Below, one piece after another: positions 21,912 to 23,803 of a stretch of DNA of 23,803 nt. Source of the stretch: Octopus sinensis. Taxonomy: Eukaryota. Every line of letters begins with the position of its first letter. Positions within the stretch are counted from its first letter, which is position 1. A model generated the notes under the pieces. The model did not search any database, had not been told where the DNA came from, and saw only the letters and a list, made by a program, of their open reading frames with translations. Made by a program: the position numbers and the translations under genes. The stretch lies in NCBI RefSeq assembly GCF_006345805.1, contig NW_021836522.1, forward strand, positions 1-23,803, written 5' to 3'.

Positions 21912-21981
<70 letters not shown>
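21841..21981. repeat. (TA)n microsatellite
   Basis: Direct reading. Confidence 0.95.
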
Positions 21982-21982
<1 letters not shown>

Positions 21983-21987
21983 ACAAA

Positions 21988-22306
21988 GGAGTACGCCATT
22001 GGTTACGACGACGAGGCTCCAGCTGATACGATCAACGGAAAAGCTTGCTCGTGAAATTAACGTGCAAGTGGCTAAGCACTCCCCAAACACGTGTACTCTT
22101 AACGTAGTTCTCAGGAAGATTCAGCGTGACACAGAGTGTGACGAGGCTGGTCCATTTAAAATACAGGTACGACTCATTTTTGCCCCAGCTGAGTGAACTG
22201 GAGCAACGTGAAATAAAGTGTCTTGCTCAAGGACACAACGCGTCGCTGGGAATTGAACGAACGACCTTAGAATCGTGAGCCGAATGCCCTAGCCACGCGC
22301 CTTCAC
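21988..22306 (-). mobile_element. tRNA-derived SINE with CORE-like central domain
   Basis: Minus strand GGCGCGTGGCT head, GTTCAATTCCCA B box, GTGTCCTTGAGCAAGACACTTT CORE-like motif. Confidence 0.8.
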
Positions 22307-22308
22307 AC

Positions 22309-22370
22309 GTACCGGTTGAGCACTGGGGTCGATGTAATCGACTCATTCCCTCCTCAAAATTGCTGCCTCC
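22309..22370 (+). mobile_element. SINE internal fragment (family of 21696-21840)
   Basis: GTACCGGTTGAGCACTGGGGTCGATGTAATCGAC. Confidence 0.75.
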
Positions 22371-22382
22371 ATATATATATAT

Positions 22383-22664
22383 GGAAGCACATGGCCTAGT
22401 GATTAGAGCAGCGGACTCGCGGTCGAGGGGTCGCGGGTCCGAATCTCAGACCGGGCGATATTTGTGTTTATGAGCGATACACCTAAGTTTCACGCGGCTC
22501 ATGGCAAACTTCTGCTAACTCTTTGGCCACAACTTTCTCCTGCATCCTCTTGCATCCCACCTGCGATGGACCGGTGTCCCGTCCAGGTGGGGAACCTATA
22601 CGCCAAGGAAACGGGGAACACCGGCCCTTATGAGCCAGGCGTGGGCTCGAGAAGGAACAAACAA
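22383..22664 (+). mobile_element. tRNA-derived SINE, near full length, possible V-type domain
   Basis: TGGCCTAGTGATTAG A box, GGGTCCGAATCTC B box, CCTGCGATGGACCGGTGTCCCGTCCAGG motif, AACA tail. Confidence 0.8.
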
Positions 22665-22672
22665 TTATATAT

Positions 22673-22712
22673 ATAATGGATATATTATATATATATATAT
22701 ATATTATATATA

Positions 22713-22744
<32 letters not shown>

Positions 22745-22749
22745 TGAGA

Positions 22750-22785
<36 letters not shown>
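22673..22785. repeat. Compound (TA)n-(GA)n microsatellite
   Basis: Direct reading. Confidence 0.95.
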
Positions 22786-22788
<3 letters not shown>

Positions 22789-22916
22789 GCTTATGTATTA
22801 GGGCTTCCGCACATATCCATTTACAAAGTTCACCCACAAGACATTGGTCGAGCAGGGGATAACTGTAGAATACAATTGCCAAGGCGCCGCGCATTTGGGA
22901 CTGAATCCAAAACCAT
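22786..22916 (-). mobile_element. Degenerate SINE (family of 23661-23803)
   Basis: Minus strand ATGGTTTTGGATTCAGTCCCA..GCGGCGCCTTGGCAA..TCGACCAA aligns with 23661-23803. Confidence 0.7.
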
Positions 22917-22924
22917 AAAACTAC

Positions 22925-23290
22925 CTATTCCTTTATTGCGAACAAGGGGCTAAACACAGAGAGGACAAACAAGGACAGACAAAGGGAATAAGTCGATTAT
23001 ATCGACCCCAGTGCGTAACTGGTACTTATTTAATCGAGCCCGAAAGGAGGAAAGGCAAAGTCGACCTCGGTGGAATTTGAACTCAGAACGTAACGGCAGA
23101 CGAAATACTTATTTCTTTACTCCCCACAAGGGGATAAACACAGAGGGGACAAAGAAGTTCAGACAAACGGATTAAGTCGATTATATCGACCTCAGTCCGT
23201 AACTGTTACTTATTTAATCGAGCCCGAAAGGATGAAAGGCAAAGTCGACCTCGGCGGAATTTGAACTCAGAACGTAGCGGCAGACGAAAA
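22925..23290 (-). mobile_element. Two head-to-tail 5'-truncated SINE copies (~22925-23108, ~23109-23290)
   Basis: Each has AAGTCGATTATATCGAC, GAAAGGCAAAGTCGACCTCGG(T/C)GGAATTTGAACTCAGAACGTA and the same tail; both stop at GGCAGACGAAA. Confidence 0.9.
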
Positions 23291-23660
23291 CGCACAACTA
23301 TGCTTCCCTTTTTTTTTTCTTTTTCTTTTTTGTTTTCTGTCCCTGTTGACTTATACAATTCGTTTCATTGAATTATACTAAATCAATATAACGACAAGAC
23401 AAATAATTCACTGTCAGAATCTTGTGCTGCGATTGTAGTCTTCTCTTTGTCTTGCTTTTAAGCTTTTAAATTTTTCTTTTAAATTTTTAAATGTAGATGT
23501 TGATAACGATTATTTCTTGCCTTTTATCCTTCTTTACCTCGGAAGTTTATTTTACATATACACAAGCATAACTTGATTTTGTGCACGCATAGCCTTTCGC
23601 TTCTCGTCTGTTGTGTGTATATGTGTAAATAAGTTTGTGTCTTGTATGTGTACATGTATA

Positions 23661-23803
23661 GGCGCAGGAGTGGCTGTGTGGTAAGTAGCTTGCTTACCAA
23701 CCACATGGTTCCGGGTTCAGTCACTGCGTGGCATCTTGGGCAAGTGTCTTCTACTATAGCCTCAGGCCGACCAAAGCCTTGAGAGTGGATTTGGTAGATG
23801 GAA
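23661..23803 (+). mobile_element. tRNA-derived SINE, cut by window end
   Basis: GGCGCAGGAGTGGCTGTGTGGTAAG A box, CCGGGTTCAGTC B box, CTTGGGCAAGTGTCTT CORE-like motif. Confidence 0.88.

Noticed and set aside
21696-23803. tRNA genes
   Set aside because: A/B boxes are SINE heads that run into SINE bodies; no complete cloverleaf.
1-23803. CRISPR arrays, rRNA or host protein-coding exons
   Set aside because: No repeat-spacer structure, rRNA motif or non-TE coding signal recognised; small exons cannot be excluded without transcript data.

Overview
Repeat-dense, AT-rich eukaryotic DNA with no recognisable host gene. The SINE families and huge interrupted (TA)n arrays look like octopus/cephalopod genome (from recall, not a search). 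Left half: three copies of one young CR1-group LINE (APE endonuclease + RT, 8-bp ATCAAAGT tail), all embedded in (TA)n arrays: 1573-5135 (5'-truncated), 5452-10077 (apparently full length) and 12112-12447 (minus, 3' end only). The frameshift-corrected ORF1 of the full-length copy reads as a Myb/SANT-like domain, poly-Q and two CCCH zinc fingers. A near-perfect 450-bp palindrome lies at 10752-11202. Right half, all on the minus strand: a Tx1/L1-clade ORF2 fragment (12683-13650), and a decayed Tx1-like LINE (about 15850-20139) whose ORF2 end is fused in frame to an ORF1 tail of a related element. An ORF1-only (HAL1-like) element sits at 20349-21695, nested inside a SINE, followed by a dense cluster of tRNA-derived SINEs. 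Many single-base indels fall in homopolymers, which suggests long-read error, so frameshifts in the young LINEs may not be real.
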